Shown: positions 27,251 to 37,742, counted from the stretch's first letter. The stretch: DNA of 64,000 nucleotides from Candidatus Lustribacter sp. (GCA_965277805.1 OZ255842.1:2848001-2912000); one strand, 5' to 3'. A program made the numbers and translations. Notes: generated from the sequence alone by a model not told the origin.

Positions 27251-28270
27251 ATGAAATTCATAGCCGTCCTTCTCGCCCTATTGCTGCTACCGGTCTCGGG
27301 CGTCGCGCAAACGCCGGCACCGCCGGACAACGTGAAGCTGCTGATCAATCCGGCGCTGATCTTCGATCTGCCGCTGATGGTGGCGATCGATAAAGGCCTC
27401 TTCGCGCAGCAGCACATCAACGTTCAAGTCGTCGTGCACAGCGGCTCGAGCCAGACGATCATTCCCGAACTCGTGCGCGGCGACGTCGACATCGCGGGCA
27501 TCTCCGCAAACCCCGGCTTCTTCAACCAATTCGCGCAAGGCTTCGATGCGAAGATCATCGCGTCGTCGAGCTCGAGCAAGAAGGGCTGGAATCCGATCGT
27601 GTGGCTTGTCGTGCGCCAAGCCGATTGGGACGCGAAGACGATCCGGCGTCCGGACGATTTGCGGGGCAAGCATTTCGACGGCGCGACGCCCGGCGGCGAA
27701 GGCTGGTATCTATCGCGCCACGTGCTGACCGAGGCCGCGCTCACGCCCGCCGATCTTACGTTCAGCGAACGCTTCACCACCGCCGGCGATTGGCTCTCGT
27801 CGCTGCGCAACATCAACAACGTGCAAGCGGTTTACGAACCGACGGTCACGCAGTTCGAACAGCAGAAAATCGCCCATCGCTGGCTCTCGATCATGGACGT
27901 CGATCCGAGCTATCAAGAGGCCTATTTGGGCGCGTCGGCGCGCACGCTGAAGGCGCGGCCCGACGTGATCCGGCGCTTTCTGATCGCTTACGTCAAGGCG
28001 TCGAAGATCATCGCCGACGGCAACGGCAAGTGGACGCCCGACGTGCTGGCGATCTTCGCGAAGTACTCGGGACTCGCGCCCGATATCATCGCGGCGATTC
28101 CGACGCCGCCGTACACCGGCGAATACGGTACCATCCACACCGAGTCGATCCAGATCGTCCAGCGCTTCTGGCACACGTTCGGTTTAGTGCAGGCCGAAAA
28201 TTCGATCGACACGCTCGCCGATCCGAGCTTCATCACGGCCGCCCAAAAAGCTGCCGGCGTCCGGCATTAG
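27251..28270 (+). CDS. ABC transporter substrate-binding protein, NitT/TauT (SsuA/THI5-like)
   Basis: Signal peptide; PLMVAIDKGLF, DLRGK, RPDVIRRFLIAY. Confidence 0.85.
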   Translation: MKFIAVLLALLLLPVSGVAQTPAPPDNVKLLINPALIFDLPLMVAIDKGLFAQQHINVQVVVHSGSSQTIIPELVRGDVDIAGISANPGFFNQFAQGFDAKIIASSSSSKKGWNPIVWLVVRQADWDAKTIRRPDDLRGKHFDGATPGGEGWYLSRHVLTEAALTPADLTFSERFTTAGDWLSSLRNINNVQAVYEPTVTQFEQQKIAHRWLSIMDVDPSYQEAYLGASARTLKARPDVIRRFLIAYVKASKIIADGNGKWTPDVLAIFAKYSGLAPDIIAAIPTPPYTGEYGTIHTESIQIVQRFWHTFGLVQAENSIDTLADPSFITAAQKAAGVRH

Positions 28271-29307
28271 ACCTGGGCTTCTCTGCGTAACATCTCGGCG
28301 ATGATGCGGCGGCCGAGCAAGCCGCCGCGGTCGATGCCGATGCTCACTTCCGGAACGTTGTCGGGATCGGCCACGAGCGCGCGTTCGAGGCGCTCCAGCG
28401 CTTCTTTATCTTCTTGCACCGTGATGCGCTGACCGCTGAACGGCCGCTTGTGCGGATCGCGCGGCAGATCGCGGCAAATGCCGTAGAAGTTGTGCGTCGT
28501 GTGCTTGGTCTCGGGGGTGATGCCGTAGACCACCTTGGTCCGATGACCGGGTCCGGTATCACCCGCTGCGGCGACGCGCACGTGCAACACGTAGAAGCCC
28601 GGCGCGAAGAATTGGATCTCTTGCGAACGATCGATCGGGCTCGAGAGGCCGCTGCTCTTGGCGTAGTTGGGCGGGCACTCGACGCCGTACATCTTGCGCC
28701 GCACCCACAGCACGTCACCGTCGCGTTCCACCTCGATCGGCGTTTCGGCAACTTCGGGCGAGCCGATGCCGGGATGAAGAAACGTTTCGTGTGAGAGATC
28801 GAGCAGGTTGTCGATCAACAGGCTCGCGCGGGCGTTCAACGGCCCGAGTCCGGTCGTGCTCCACCACTCGCTCGTCCACGGCACGTGCGGAATCTTCGCG
28901 GCGTCGGCCAGTGCCGGATCGCCCGGAAACACCCAGATCTGTCCGAACTGCTCGACCAGCGGAAAGCTGCGCACGTTGGCGGAGAGCGGCACCTTCAGTT
29001 GGCCCGGCACGCTCAAGCACGTGCCGTCCGTATCGAAACGGAAGCCGTGGTAGCCGCACTGCACGACGTCGCCGGTGAGTTTGCCGGCCGAGAGCGGGTA
29101 CTTGCGGTGCGGGCAGCGATCGAGCAGCGCGACGGCCGTGCTGTCGCTGCTGCGATAGAACACCATCGGCTCTTCCGCGATCCGTCGCGGCAACAACTCT
29201 TGCGAGACCTCATCGCTCCACGCGGCGAGATACCAGGCGTTCTTGACGATTCCGTCGCTGGGCGCGGTCTTGGCGATGATATCGGCGGGGCGTTCGATGC
29301 TTTGCAT
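28267..29307 (-). CDS. Rieske oxygenase alpha subunit, VanA/demethylase-like
   Basis: DRCPHR..CGYHG Rieske motif; DNLLDLSHETFLH iron site; QED. Confidence 0.92.
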   Translation of the reverse strand: MQSIERPADIIAKTAPSDGIVKNAWYLAAWSDEVSQELLPRRIAEEPMVFYRSSDSTAVALLDRCPHRKYPLSAGKLTGDVVQCGYHGFRFDTDGTCLSVPGQLKVPLSANVRSFPLVEQFGQIWVFPGDPALADAAKIPHVPWTSEWWSTTGLGPLNARASLLIDNLLDLSHETFLHPGIGSPEVAETPIEVERDGDVLWVRRKMYGVECPPNYAKSSGLSSPIDRSQEIQFFAPGFYVLHVRVAAAGDTGPGHRTKVVYGITPETKHTTHNFYGICRDLPRDPHKRPFSGQRITVQEDKEALERLERALVADPDNVPEVSIGIDRGGLLGRRIIAEMLRREAQV

Positions 29308-29395
29308 GGCGTGAATCCGTCTTTCGTGCAATTTTGAGCATGCTCAATTTGCGCCGCCGACCGCCCAACCCCCTGCCACGCCACTGTCATCCGCC

Positions 29396-30364
29396 CTAAA
29401 TCGTCAGAAACACCCGGCCCGTGCTGCGACGGGACTCGACCAGTTCGTGTGCCTTGGCCGCCTCGCTGAGCGGGAACCGGCCGCCCTCGAGGATCTTGAC
29501 CTTGCCGTCGGCGACGAGCTTGAACGAGGCCTCGACCGCCGGCCGGATGGCGAGCGGCCGATTGCGGCGGTAGTGTCCGCTGGAATAACCCAGCACGGCC
29601 TGGTTCTGCCGGTGCAGTTTGTCGGTCGAGAGCGAACCGTGGTGACCGCCGGACTGTCCGTAGGTCACCATGCGACCGAAGTGCGCGAGTGCGGTGAGGC
29701 CTTTGGCGAAGACATCGCCGCCGATCGCATCGGCGATCACGTCGACGCCCTTCTTCTCCGTTGCGTCGAGCACGATTTGCGCGAAGTCGTCCTTGGTGTA
29801 ATCGATCGCCACGTCGGCGCCGAAACCGCGTGCGATCTCGAGCTTCGCCGGACTTCCCGCCGTTGCGAAAATGCGCTCGGCGCCGGCGGCCTTCGCCATC
29901 TGCACGAGCACCGAACCCACTCCGCCGGCCGCAGCGTGAATCAGCACGGTTTCGCCGGGCTGAATGCGCGCGGCAAGATGCAAGATGTTCCAGCCCGTGA
30001 CGAGCACCGTCATCGATGCGGCGGCTTCATCGGACATCGATGCATCGACCGGATACACCAGATCTTCCCGCGCGAGCACGACCTCCGCGTACGAACCGCC
30101 GTCGGGGCTCACGGCAACGCGATCGCCCGGCTTCACGCGCGTTACGCCCTCGCCGATGGCGACGACCGTGCCCATGCCGTCGAGCCCGGGCGTAAACGGT
30201 ACCGGCGTCACGCCGGTACCGCGCCGCGCCGCGATGTCGGCAAAGTTCACGCTGGTCAACTTCAGGCGCACCGTTACCTGACCGGGACCGGGAACGGGCT
30301 CCGGACGTTCGCGCCAGAGCAGGTTCTCCGGTCCGCCGATCTCTTCGACGACGACGGCGTGCAT
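29396..30364 (-). CDS. NADPH:quinone oxidoreductase (MDR family)
   Basis: GGPENL, VNFAD, TVLIHAAAGGVG; TGATG coupling to the upstream gene. Confidence 0.9.
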   Translation of the reverse strand: MHAVVVEEIGGPENLLWRERPEPVPGPGQVTVRLKLTSVNFADIAARRGTGVTPVPFTPGLDGMGTVVAIGEGVTRVKPGDRVAVSPDGGSYAEVVLAREDLVYPVDASMSDEAAASMTVLVTGWNILHLAARIQPGETVLIHAAAGGVGSVLVQMAKAAGAERIFATAGSPAKLEIARGFGADVAIDYTKDDFAQIVLDATEKKGVDVIADAIGGDVFAKGLTALAHFGRMVTYGQSGGHHGSLSTDKLHRQNQAVLGYSSGHYRRNRPLAIRPAVEASFKLVADGKVKILEGGRFPLSEAAKAHELVESRRSTGRVFLTI

Positions 30365-31533
30365 CAGGCGGCTGCGCTCCACAAGCGTTTGGTTGCGATG
30401 CGCGCGCCCTCGGCGATCGAACGCAACTTCGCCCACGCGATCTTCGCATGCGCGACGCGCGGACCGATGCCGCAATCCGTGCCGGCGATGACGTTCTCGC
30501 GCCCGACGACCTTCGCGTAACGCTCGATCCGCTCGGCGACGAGCTCGGGATGCTCGATGAAGTCGGTGCAGTGGCCGACCACGCCCGGCACGAGCACGGC
30601 GTTCGGCGGCAGCTTCACCGTTTCGAACAGATGCCACTCGTGTTCGTGCATCGGGTTCGACGCCTCGATCGAGAAGCGCTCGGCGTTGACTCCGAACACG
30701 ATGTCGATGATATCGGCGAGCGGAATGTCGTTCTGGTGCGGGCCGTGGAAACTGCCCCAGCATACGTGCAGCTGAACCATCTCTTTCGGAATGCCGCGCA
30801 GCGCGTGATTGAGCGCGTCGACGCGGAGCTGCGCGTACGCGCGATAATCGGCCGTCGACATCTCGGGGAACATCTGCCAGCCGTCGGGCAGATCCGGATC
30901 GTCGATCTGCAGCATGAAGCCGGCCTCGACGATCGCCAAATATTCGACGCGCATCGCCTCGGCGATGGCGAACAAGAAATCCTTGGTATTTTTGTAGTAT
31001 TCGTCGTGCAGCCAGTGCTCGATCGTGCCCGGCGTGTTTGCGTTCATAAAGGTGCCCGCAACGTCGAGACCCTTGACGGCCGCTTTGAGATTGTCGATGT
31101 CGGCCTTGAGCGCATCGTGACCGGTGAACTGCAGCGGCGCAACGCAGAACGCTTGCGTGCGTCCGGCTTGCCCGATTGTGTTGCCGCGGCCGGAAGCAAA
31201 GTATTCGGGGAACAGTTTCTCATCGCGGCCCGAGATGTCGAGCGGCGGCGGCCCCTCGCCCGGTCCGAAGTGGCGCGTTTCAAAACCCGTCAAGCGTTCG
31301 CGGCAGTAATTGGTGAAGTTGGTTTTGCTGATCTCACCATCGTTCACGAAGTCCATGCCGCACTCGACCTGACGTTTCACGACGTCGGCCACGCTCTCGC
31401 GCAAACGGCGCGCCAGCACGTTCGGATCGTACGTCTCCCCGCGGGCTTTCGCGAAGACCATGTCTTTGAGATCGTCGGGCCGCGGCAAGGCGCCGGCGTG
31501 CGTGGCGAGGATTCGATCGGTGCTGCGTTTCAT
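30364..31533 (-). CDS. Cobalamin-independent methionine synthase II family (single-barrel MetE-like) protein
   Basis: THAGALPRP, NDGE, LQIDDP, Zn ligands HVCWG/E/TDCG. Confidence 0.88.
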   Translation of the reverse strand: MKRSTDRILATHAGALPRPDDLKDMVFAKARGETYDPNVLARRLRESVADVVKRQVECGMDFVNDGEISKTNFTNYCRERLTGFETRHFGPGEGPPPLDISGRDEKLFPEYFASGRGNTIGQAGRTQAFCVAPLQFTGHDALKADIDNLKAAVKGLDVAGTFMNANTPGTIEHWLHDEYYKNTKDFLFAIAEAMRVEYLAIVEAGFMLQIDDPDLPDGWQMFPEMSTADYRAYAQLRVDALNHALRGIPKEMVQLHVCWGSFHGPHQNDIPLADIIDIVFGVNAERFSIEASNPMHEHEWHLFETVKLPPNAVLVPGVVGHCTDFIEHPELVAERIERYAKVVGRENVIAGTDCGIGPRVAHAKIAWAKLRSIAEGARIATKRLWSAAA

Positions 31534-31547
31534 CGAGGGCAGCGCTT

Positions 31548-32474
31548 CTACCGAAGGGAAGGGCGCCCTCTTTGATAGACTTTGAGCTGCGTATAGGCGG
31601 CGGAAAGGAGGGGTGTTGCAACCCCGAAACCGCGCGCGCGCTCGACCAGATCGCCGAGAATCTGGTCGGCTTCGACGTCGTTGCCGCTTTGCAAATCGCG
31701 ATACATCGAGGATGCTTGCATCGAGCTCGAACTCGAACTTGCGCGCGCGCGTTCAACGAAAGCCGCCGGCATCGGATAGCCGGCGGCAGCCGATACCGCC
31801 ATGACCTCATCGAGCATCGCCGACGTGAATTCCGTTCCGCCCGGAACGGAGACGATCTCGCCGACCGTGCCGCGCATCAGACACGTAACCGCACCGAGCG
31901 TCGCGAGCATCACCCACTTCTGCCACATCTCGGCGATGATGTTGGTTGAAGCGCGAGCGTTGAAACCGGCATTCTGCAGCGTCGCGTCGACTGCGCGCAC
32001 GCGCGCGGAGAGCTCGCCGTCGAGTTCGCCGTAGGTGAGATCCTGCGATGGCGACAGCAGCACGATGCGGCCGCGCTCGTCGATCGTCGACGAGATCACG
32101 CACAGCCCGCCGAGCACGGCGCGTTCGCCGAAACGCCGCTCGAGCACATCGAGATGGCGCATCCCGTTGAGCACCGGAACGATCGTCGTGTCACCGCCGA
32201 CGGCGCGGGCAATGTCATCGAGCGCCGCGTCGAGAGCGAACGCCTTCACCGCCAGCAACACGACGTCATACGGCGCGCGGATATCCGCCGCGGTGATGAG
32301 TTGCGGATCGTGCAGGGTGAAGTCGCGATCTTGACCGGTAATCTGCAGGCCGTCCGCGCGCAAGCGTTCGGCGCGCGCCCCGCGCACCAGGAACGTGACG
32401 TCGCGTCCGGCGGCAGCCAGCCGTGCACCAAAATATCCGCCGATGGCGCCGGCACCGGCAACGAGAACACGCAT
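31548..32474 (-). CDS. panE: 2-dehydropantoate 2-reductase
   Basis: GAGAIGGYFG, LAVKA, LNG, MWQKW, SSMYRD..E. Confidence 0.9.
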   Translation of the reverse strand: MRVLVAGAGAIGGYFGARLAAAGRDVTFLVRGARAERLRADGLQITGQDRDFTLHDPQLITAADIRAPYDVVLLAVKAFALDAALDDIARAVGGDTTIVPVLNGMRHLDVLERRFGERAVLGGLCVISSTIDERGRIVLLSPSQDLTYGELDGELSARVRAVDATLQNAGFNARASTNIIAEMWQKWVMLATLGAVTCLMRGTVGEIVSVPGGTEFTSAMLDEVMAVSAAAGYPMPAAFVERARASSSSSSMQASSMYRDLQSGNDVEADQILGDLVERARGFGVATPLLSAAYTQLKVYQRGRPSLR

Positions 32475-32492
32475 TCGAACGTCCTTCGTCCG

Positions 32493-32501
32493 TGGTAGAA
32501 T
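32493..32501 (+). promoter_or_regulatory. Extended -10 promoter for a probable leaderless mRNA
   Basis: TGGTAGAAT (TGn-TAnnnT) ends 6 nt before ATG 32508; no RBS. Confidence 0.55.
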
Positions 32502-32507
32502 CTGCCC

Positions 32508-33290
32508 ATGCACCTGAATCTGTGGTGGCGCGCCGGCCTGGCAGCGATCGTCGCGGGCGCCGCACTTACGTGCGCCGCGCCCGCACGCGCCGCGAGCGTC
32601 ACGATTCCCGCCGCCGGTTCGCTGCCGGCCATTCCCGGCAACCTGCAGCGGCCCGACGGCCCGGGACCGTTTCCCGCAGTGCTGATCCTGGCCGGTTGCG
32701 AAGGCATCAGCTCGCTCGAAGGCAAGACGGCAGGCGAACTCGTGAAGCAGGGTTACGCCGCGCTCGTGCTCGACGTACTGGCAGCGCAAGGCATCAAGAA
32801 CGCGTGCAGCGGGAGCGGCGGCGTTACAGCGCAGTCGGCGCGCCTTGCCTATGTGAGCCTCGCTTGGCTAGCGGCGCAACCCGGGATCATCCCCGACCAT
32901 CTCGGCGTGATCGGTTTCTCCATGGGCGCAAACGAAATACTCGGTCTGGTCGATCCGCTCGTGCCGCACGCGCCGCCGCCGGGTCTCAAAGCTGCCGTCG
33001 CCTTCTATCCGGACTGCGCGCAACGGCGGCCAGACGTCAGCGTGCCGCTGCAACTCCTTGACGGCGATGCCGACGACTGGAATCCGGCGCCGCCCTGCGC
33101 GGCGCTCGCGCAAGCGGCTTCGGCGGCAGGCAAAACCGTGCAGATCACGACCTATCCGGGAGCCACGCACGCCTTCAATCTTCCCGGTCCGCAACGGACG
33201 TATCTGGGCCATACCCTGCGCTACGATGCCGGTGCCGATCGCGATTCGGACGCCAAGGCGCTCGCGTTTCTCGCAACCTACCTGAAGTAA
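32508..33290 (+). CDS. Secreted dienelactone hydrolase family protein
   Basis: Signal peptide; GFSMG nucleophile, GDADD, YPGATHAF. Confidence 0.88.
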   Translation: MHLNLWWRAGLAAIVAGAALTCAAPARAASVTIPAAGSLPAIPGNLQRPDGPGPFPAVLILAGCEGISSLEGKTAGELVKQGYAALVLDVLAAQGIKNACSGSGGVTAQSARLAYVSLAWLAAQPGIIPDHLGVIGFSMGANEILGLVDPLVPHAPPPGLKAAVAFYPDCAQRRPDVSVPLQLLDGDADDWNPAPPCAALAQAASAAGKTVQITTYPGATHAFNLPGPQRTYLGHTLRYDAGADRDSDAKALAFLATYLK

Positions 33291-33318
33291 AGGCCCGTCG
33301 CTTACCGAAGCCCCTTGT

Positions 33319-36270
33319 GTGGACACGGCATCGAGCGCCGCAATCCGGCAGAACGATTTGCTGGCGTTCGCCGAGGCGATCCCGGTTATCGTGTGGCGCA
33401 CGGATCCGGAAGGGCTCAACGACTATCTCAACGCGGCCTGGTATGAGTACACCGGCCTGACGGTCGAGCAATCGCACGGCACCGGCTGGACGATGGTCAT
33501 CCACCCCGACGATCGAGCGGTGACGCAAGAGCGGTGGGTCGCCTCGATTAGCGGCGGCACGTCAATCGACGTCGAGTTCCGCATGCGCGGACGGGACGAT
33601 GCGTACCGCTGGTTCCTGGTGCGCGGGCGGCCCTTACCCGCGCTCGACGGAACGATTACAGCGTGGTTCGGCACCGCCACCGACATCGACGTACACAAGC
33701 GCGCTGCGGAAGCGTTGGCGCGCGCGAAAAACCGGGCCGAGTTGCTGGCCGAAGCCGAGACGATCTTCGAGCGCTCGTTCGCAACTCCGCACGTCATCTC
33801 CGATCTCGCTACGCTCGCAGTCGGTACGTTCGCCACCTTTTGTTTTTACGACAGCAGCGATGCAAACGGCGCCCTCACGCGGCGCGCGGCGATGCATCGC
33901 GATCCGATCTGGCAATTGCGCTTCGACAACGCCGGGCCGAACGAACTGCCGTGGCGCCGGCAGGGCGGCGCCGATCGGGCGCTACTCGCCGGTGAACCGC
34001 GCTTTTACTCGCCCGTCGACGATGCATGGATCGAACGCACGTCGGCCGATCGCGAACAAGCCCAGGCGCTGCGCGCGCTCGAGGTCAATTCGATCATGGC
34101 CGTCCCGCTCGTTGCGCGCGGCCGGAACTTCGGCGTGCTCACCTTCGGCCGCAGCGGCAGCGTGCCCCCGTTCACCAGCGACGATTTCGACACCGCGAAA
34201 GAACTCGCGCGCCGTGCCGCCGCGACGCTCGAGAACGCGCACGTCTACGCGCTCTCGCGCGACAACGAGCGCCGCGCTGCCGCCATCGCCGACGCGGTGC
34301 CGCAAATTTTCTGGACCGCGCGCGCCGACGGCGTGATCGACTGGTACAACCTGCGCTGGTATGAATATACCGGGCAAACGCCCGCCGACGCGCCCGGCTT
34401 GGGCTGGGAATCGGTGCAGCATCCGCGCGATCTGGCCGACATCCAGAGCGAATGGCGGCGCTCGCTGATCGCGGGCAAACCGTTCGAGATGTCGCATCGC
34501 TTGCGCGGGCACGACGGCGTCTACCGCTGGTTTCTTACGCGCGTCGTTCCCCAAACCGGCGAAAACGGGGCGATCGCGCGCTGGTACGGCGCCACCACGA
34601 ACGTCGATGCGGAACGCCGCGCGACCCTGCAGCTCGCGTTCTTCGCCGAACTCGGTCAGCGCCTCACGTCGTTGCCCACGCTCGATGCCACGCTCGACGC
34701 GGTGGTCGAGTCGCTCGTTCCGAACTTCGCCGATTGGGCGATGGTCGAATTGGTCGAAGACGGCGCGACCTACGTCGCGGCAGCCGAACACGCCGTGCCG
34801 GTGCAGCGTCGCGAACTGCACCGCCTCCTCGGCCGGCGCGCGAGCGACGGCACGACGCTGGCGGTCGGGGACCAGGCGATCCAGAGCGGCCGCGCCGCCA
34901 TCACCTACAGCGAACGCTCCGCACCCGACGCGGGCGCGGCCGGCTTCACGAGCGCTGTGGCGGTGCCGCTCGTGGTGGAAGCGGGCGTACGCGGCGTGCT
35001 CACGCTTGCGATGGTCGAAGCGGCCGGCGCATTTTCCGATTCGGATCTGCCGTTCGTGCAAGAGATTGCGCGGCGCATCGCGCCGGCGCTCGCGCGTGCC
35101 GAGATCTACGAACGCGAACGCCGGATCGCACAAACGTTTCAGAACGCGGTCTTGCCGCGGCGGCTGCCGGATATTCCGGGCTTGCGGTTCGATGCGCTGT
35201 ACGAACCCGGCAAGGCCGAAGCGCTGGTCGGCGGCGATTGGTTCGATGCGTTCCGTCTTGCCGACGGACGGATCGTGCTCACGATCGGCGACGTCGTCGG
35301 CAGCGGTCTTGCGGCCGCTGCTGCGATGGGAGAGGCGCGCCAGAGCATCCGCGGGGCGGCCGCAATCAATCCCGATCCGGCGATCTTGTTGGACGCGGCG
35401 GATCGTATTCTCGCCGACAGCCCGGACGATCGTTACGCCACGGCGTGGGTCGGCATCATCGATCCGATCGACTTCTCACTGCGCTATGCCTCGGCCGGAC
35501 ATCCGCAGCCGATGGTGCGCGATCCGGACTCATCGGTGCGCCTGCTCGAAGCCGACGGCTTGCCGCTCGGACTTTCCGGATCGCTCGCGCAGCGGCGCAC
35601 GACCTACAGCACCTTCGTCGAACCCGGTGCGCTGCTACTGCTCTTCACCGACGGCCTGATCGAGAGCTCGCGCGACGCGCTACGCGACGAGGCGCTGCTC
35701 GCCGCGGCGCTCGCCGAAACCGCGTCCAGCGGGCGCTCGACCGCGCGCGAATTGCGCGATGCCGTGCTCGGCAGCGAAGCCGCGCACGACGACGTCGCGA
35801 TCTTACTGGTCGAGTTCGCCGAACGGCTCACCGAAAGCGCCGGGACCGTCCTCGCGCGACGCTGGAATTTCGACGTCGAAAACGTTGTGGAAGCGTCGGC
35901 CGCGCGCCACGAACTGGCCGACGATCTGCGCGCAGCGGGGATGCACGAAGATAACGTGGTGGTGGCCGAAATGATCGTGGCCGAGCTGCTCGGCAACGTC
36001 GTGCGCTACGCGGGCGGACGCGTCGACGTCATCCTCGATTCCTCAGCCGAAGTGCCGGTGGTGCACATCATCGATTCCGGCGCCGGCTTCGAGCGCAACC
36101 CGCGCCTGCCGGCCGACTTCTATGCCGAGAACGGCCGCGGACTGTTCATCGTCGCGGAGCTGGCGCGCGAGTTCACGATCTCGCGCGCACCGGGCGGCGG
36201 CAGCCACGCACGCGTCGTGCTCGAGACGCGCGGGAGCACTACCGCAGACGCATCGAAGCGTCGCGAATGA
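33319..36270 (+). CDS. PAS-GAF-PAS-GAF-PP2C(SpoIIE)-HATPase signalling protein
   Basis: Two W.EYTG..HP.D PAS domains, two GAF-like regions, VGGDWFD, IGDVVGSG, FTDGL, DDVA, ELLGNVVRY..GRGL. Confidence 0.92.
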   Translation: MDTASSAAIRQNDLLAFAEAIPVIVWRTDPEGLNDYLNAAWYEYTGLTVEQSHGTGWTMVIHPDDRAVTQERWVASISGGTSIDVEFRMRGRDDAYRWFLVRGRPLPALDGTITAWFGTATDIDVHKRAAEALARAKNRAELLAEAETIFERSFATPHVISDLATLAVGTFATFCFYDSSDANGALTRRAAMHRDPIWQLRFDNAGPNELPWRRQGGADRALLAGEPRFYSPVDDAWIERTSADREQAQALRALEVNSIMAVPLVARGRNFGVLTFGRSGSVPPFTSDDFDTAKELARRAAATLENAHVYALSRDNERRAAAIADAVPQIFWTARADGVIDWYNLRWYEYTGQTPADAPGLGWESVQHPRDLADIQSEWRRSLIAGKPFEMSHRLRGHDGVYRWFLTRVVPQTGENGAIARWYGATTNVDAERRATLQLAFFAELGQRLTSLPTLDATLDAVVESLVPNFADWAMVELVEDGATYVAAAEHAVPVQRRELHRLLGRRASDGTTLAVGDQAIQSGRAAITYSERSAPDAGAAGFTSAVAVPLVVEAGVRGVLTLAMVEAAGAFSDSDLPFVQEIARRIAPALARAEIYERERRIAQTFQNAVLPRRLPDIPGLRFDALYEPGKAEALVGGDWFDAFRLADGRIVLTIGDVVGSGLAAAAAMGEARQSIRGAAAINPDPAILLDAADRILADSPDDRYATAWVGIIDPIDFSLRYASAGHPQPMVRDPDSSVRLLEADGLPLGLSGSLAQRRTTYSTFVEPGALLLLFTDGLIESSRDALRDEALLAAALAETASSGRSTARELRDAVLGSEAAHDDVAILLVEFAERLTESAGTVLARRWNFDVENVVEASAARHELADDLRAAGMHEDNVVVAEMIVAELLGNVVRYAGGRVDVILDSSAEVPVVHIIDSGAGFERNPRLPADFYAENGRGLFIVAELAREFTISRAPGGGSHARVVLETRGSTTADASKRRE

Positions 36271-37681
36271 TCTGCCACGCGAGGACGACGTCCTCACGGG
36301 TGGTGCGCTCGTTCCCGATCGCCAGGCGCAAGACCGTGCGCCCGCGCAGCTTGGTCGACGAGATGAAGATCCGGCCGTCCGCGTTCACGTCATCCATGAT
36401 CGCGGCGTTGAGCGCGTCCGCCGCCGCATCGTCGCCGTCCGCAGCCACGAACCGGAAGCACACGACCGAGAGCGGGTAGGGCGCGGCGATTTCGCACCCG
36501 GGCTCGCCTTCGACCCAGCTCGCGAACTCGCGCGCGAGCGCGATGTGCGCCCGCAGGTGTTGCTGCAATCCATGCACGCCGTAGGTGCGGATCGCGAACC
36601 ACAACTTGAGCGCGCGAAACCGGCGCCCCAGCTGGAGCCCGTAGTCCATGTAGTTGTGCACGTCGGTTTCCGGCGTCACCAGATAGTCGGCGACCAGGCT
36701 GAACGTGCGGCGCAAGAGTTCCGGATCGCGCACGTAGAGCACCGAAAGGTCGATCGGCACGAACAGCCATTTGTGCGGGTTGACGACGATCGATTCCGCA
36801 CCGTGCGCCGGATCGAGCAACGAGCGGAACTCGGGCAGAATCGCCGCCGGTCCCGCGTAGGCGGCATCGACGTGCAGCCAGACGTTTCGCGCGCGCGTGA
36901 TGGCGCGCATCGCGGCCACCGGATCGCTCGACGTGGTGGACGTCGTACCCACGGTTGCGACCGCGCACATCGGCCGCCGGCCGTGCGCGAGATCGTCGTC
37001 GAGCGCACGCGCCAGCGCGTCCGGCTGCATGCGGAAATCATCGTCGACCGGGACCTTCACGACGTTCTCGCGCCCGACGCCGAGCGCGATCGCGGCTTTT
37101 TCGATGTGCGAGTGCGTTTGATCCGTGATGTATACGCGCAGCACCGGCAGATCGGTGCGGCCGGCCATGCCGCGTTCGCGAATCTCGAGTCCGAGCGATT
37201 CGCGCGCCGCCGCCAGGGCCGTATAACCGCTGATCGAGGCGGTGTCGTAGATGATCCCGTGAAACACCGGTGGGAGGCCGAGCATCTCGCGCAGCCAGCG
37301 GAGCGTGACGTCTTCCAGTTCCGTCGCCGCGGGCGACGTGCGCCACAGCATCGCGTTGACGTCGAGCGCGGCGGCGAGCGCTTCGGCCATGATCGTCACC
37401 GGCGCCGCGCTGATCGAGAAATACGCGAAGAAGCGCGGATGATTCCAGTGCGTGATTCCCGGCACGACCAGCGTTTCGAAATCGCGGAAAATCGCATCGA
37501 ACGACTCGCCTTCGTCGGGCGGCGACGCCGGCAGCGCCGCGATCAAATCGCCGGGCTTCGCGCGCGATAACACCGGATACCGGCGCGTATCGCGCAGGTA
37601 CTCTTCGATCCAAGCCGCCACCCGCGCGAACCGCTCGCGAAATGCCCCCGCTTCAGTGATATCCGACGGTCTTGCACTCAC
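36239..37681 (-). CDS. PLP-dependent aromatic-L-amino-acid decarboxylase family protein
   Basis: PGITHWNHPRFFAYF, WLHVDAAY, NPHKW, LGRRFRALKLW. Confidence 0.92.
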   Translation of the reverse strand: MSARPSDITEAGAFRERFARVAAWIEEYLRDTRRYPVLSRAKPGDLIAALPASPPDEGESFDAIFRDFETLVVPGITHWNHPRFFAYFSISAAPVTIMAEALAAALDVNAMLWRTSPAATELEDVTLRWLREMLGLPPVFHGIIYDTASISGYTALAAARESLGLEIRERGMAGRTDLPVLRVYITDQTHSHIEKAAIALGVGRENVVKVPVDDDFRMQPDALARALDDDLAHGRRPMCAVATVGTTSTTSSDPVAAMRAITRARNVWLHVDAAYAGPAAILPEFRSLLDPAHGAESIVVNPHKWLFVPIDLSVLYVRDPELLRRTFSLVADYLVTPETDVHNYMDYGLQLGRRFRALKLWFAIRTYGVHGLQQHLRAHIALAREFASWVEGEPGCEIAAPYPLSVVCFRFVAADGDDAAADALNAAIMDDVNADGRIFISSTKLRGRTVLRLAIGNERTTREDVVLAWQIIRDASMRLR

Positions 37682-37742
37682 GCCCGACCGGTTTGCCCCG
37701 GCGGCAAGACGGCCCTACGCCCGGGCCGAAGCGTTCACGCAC

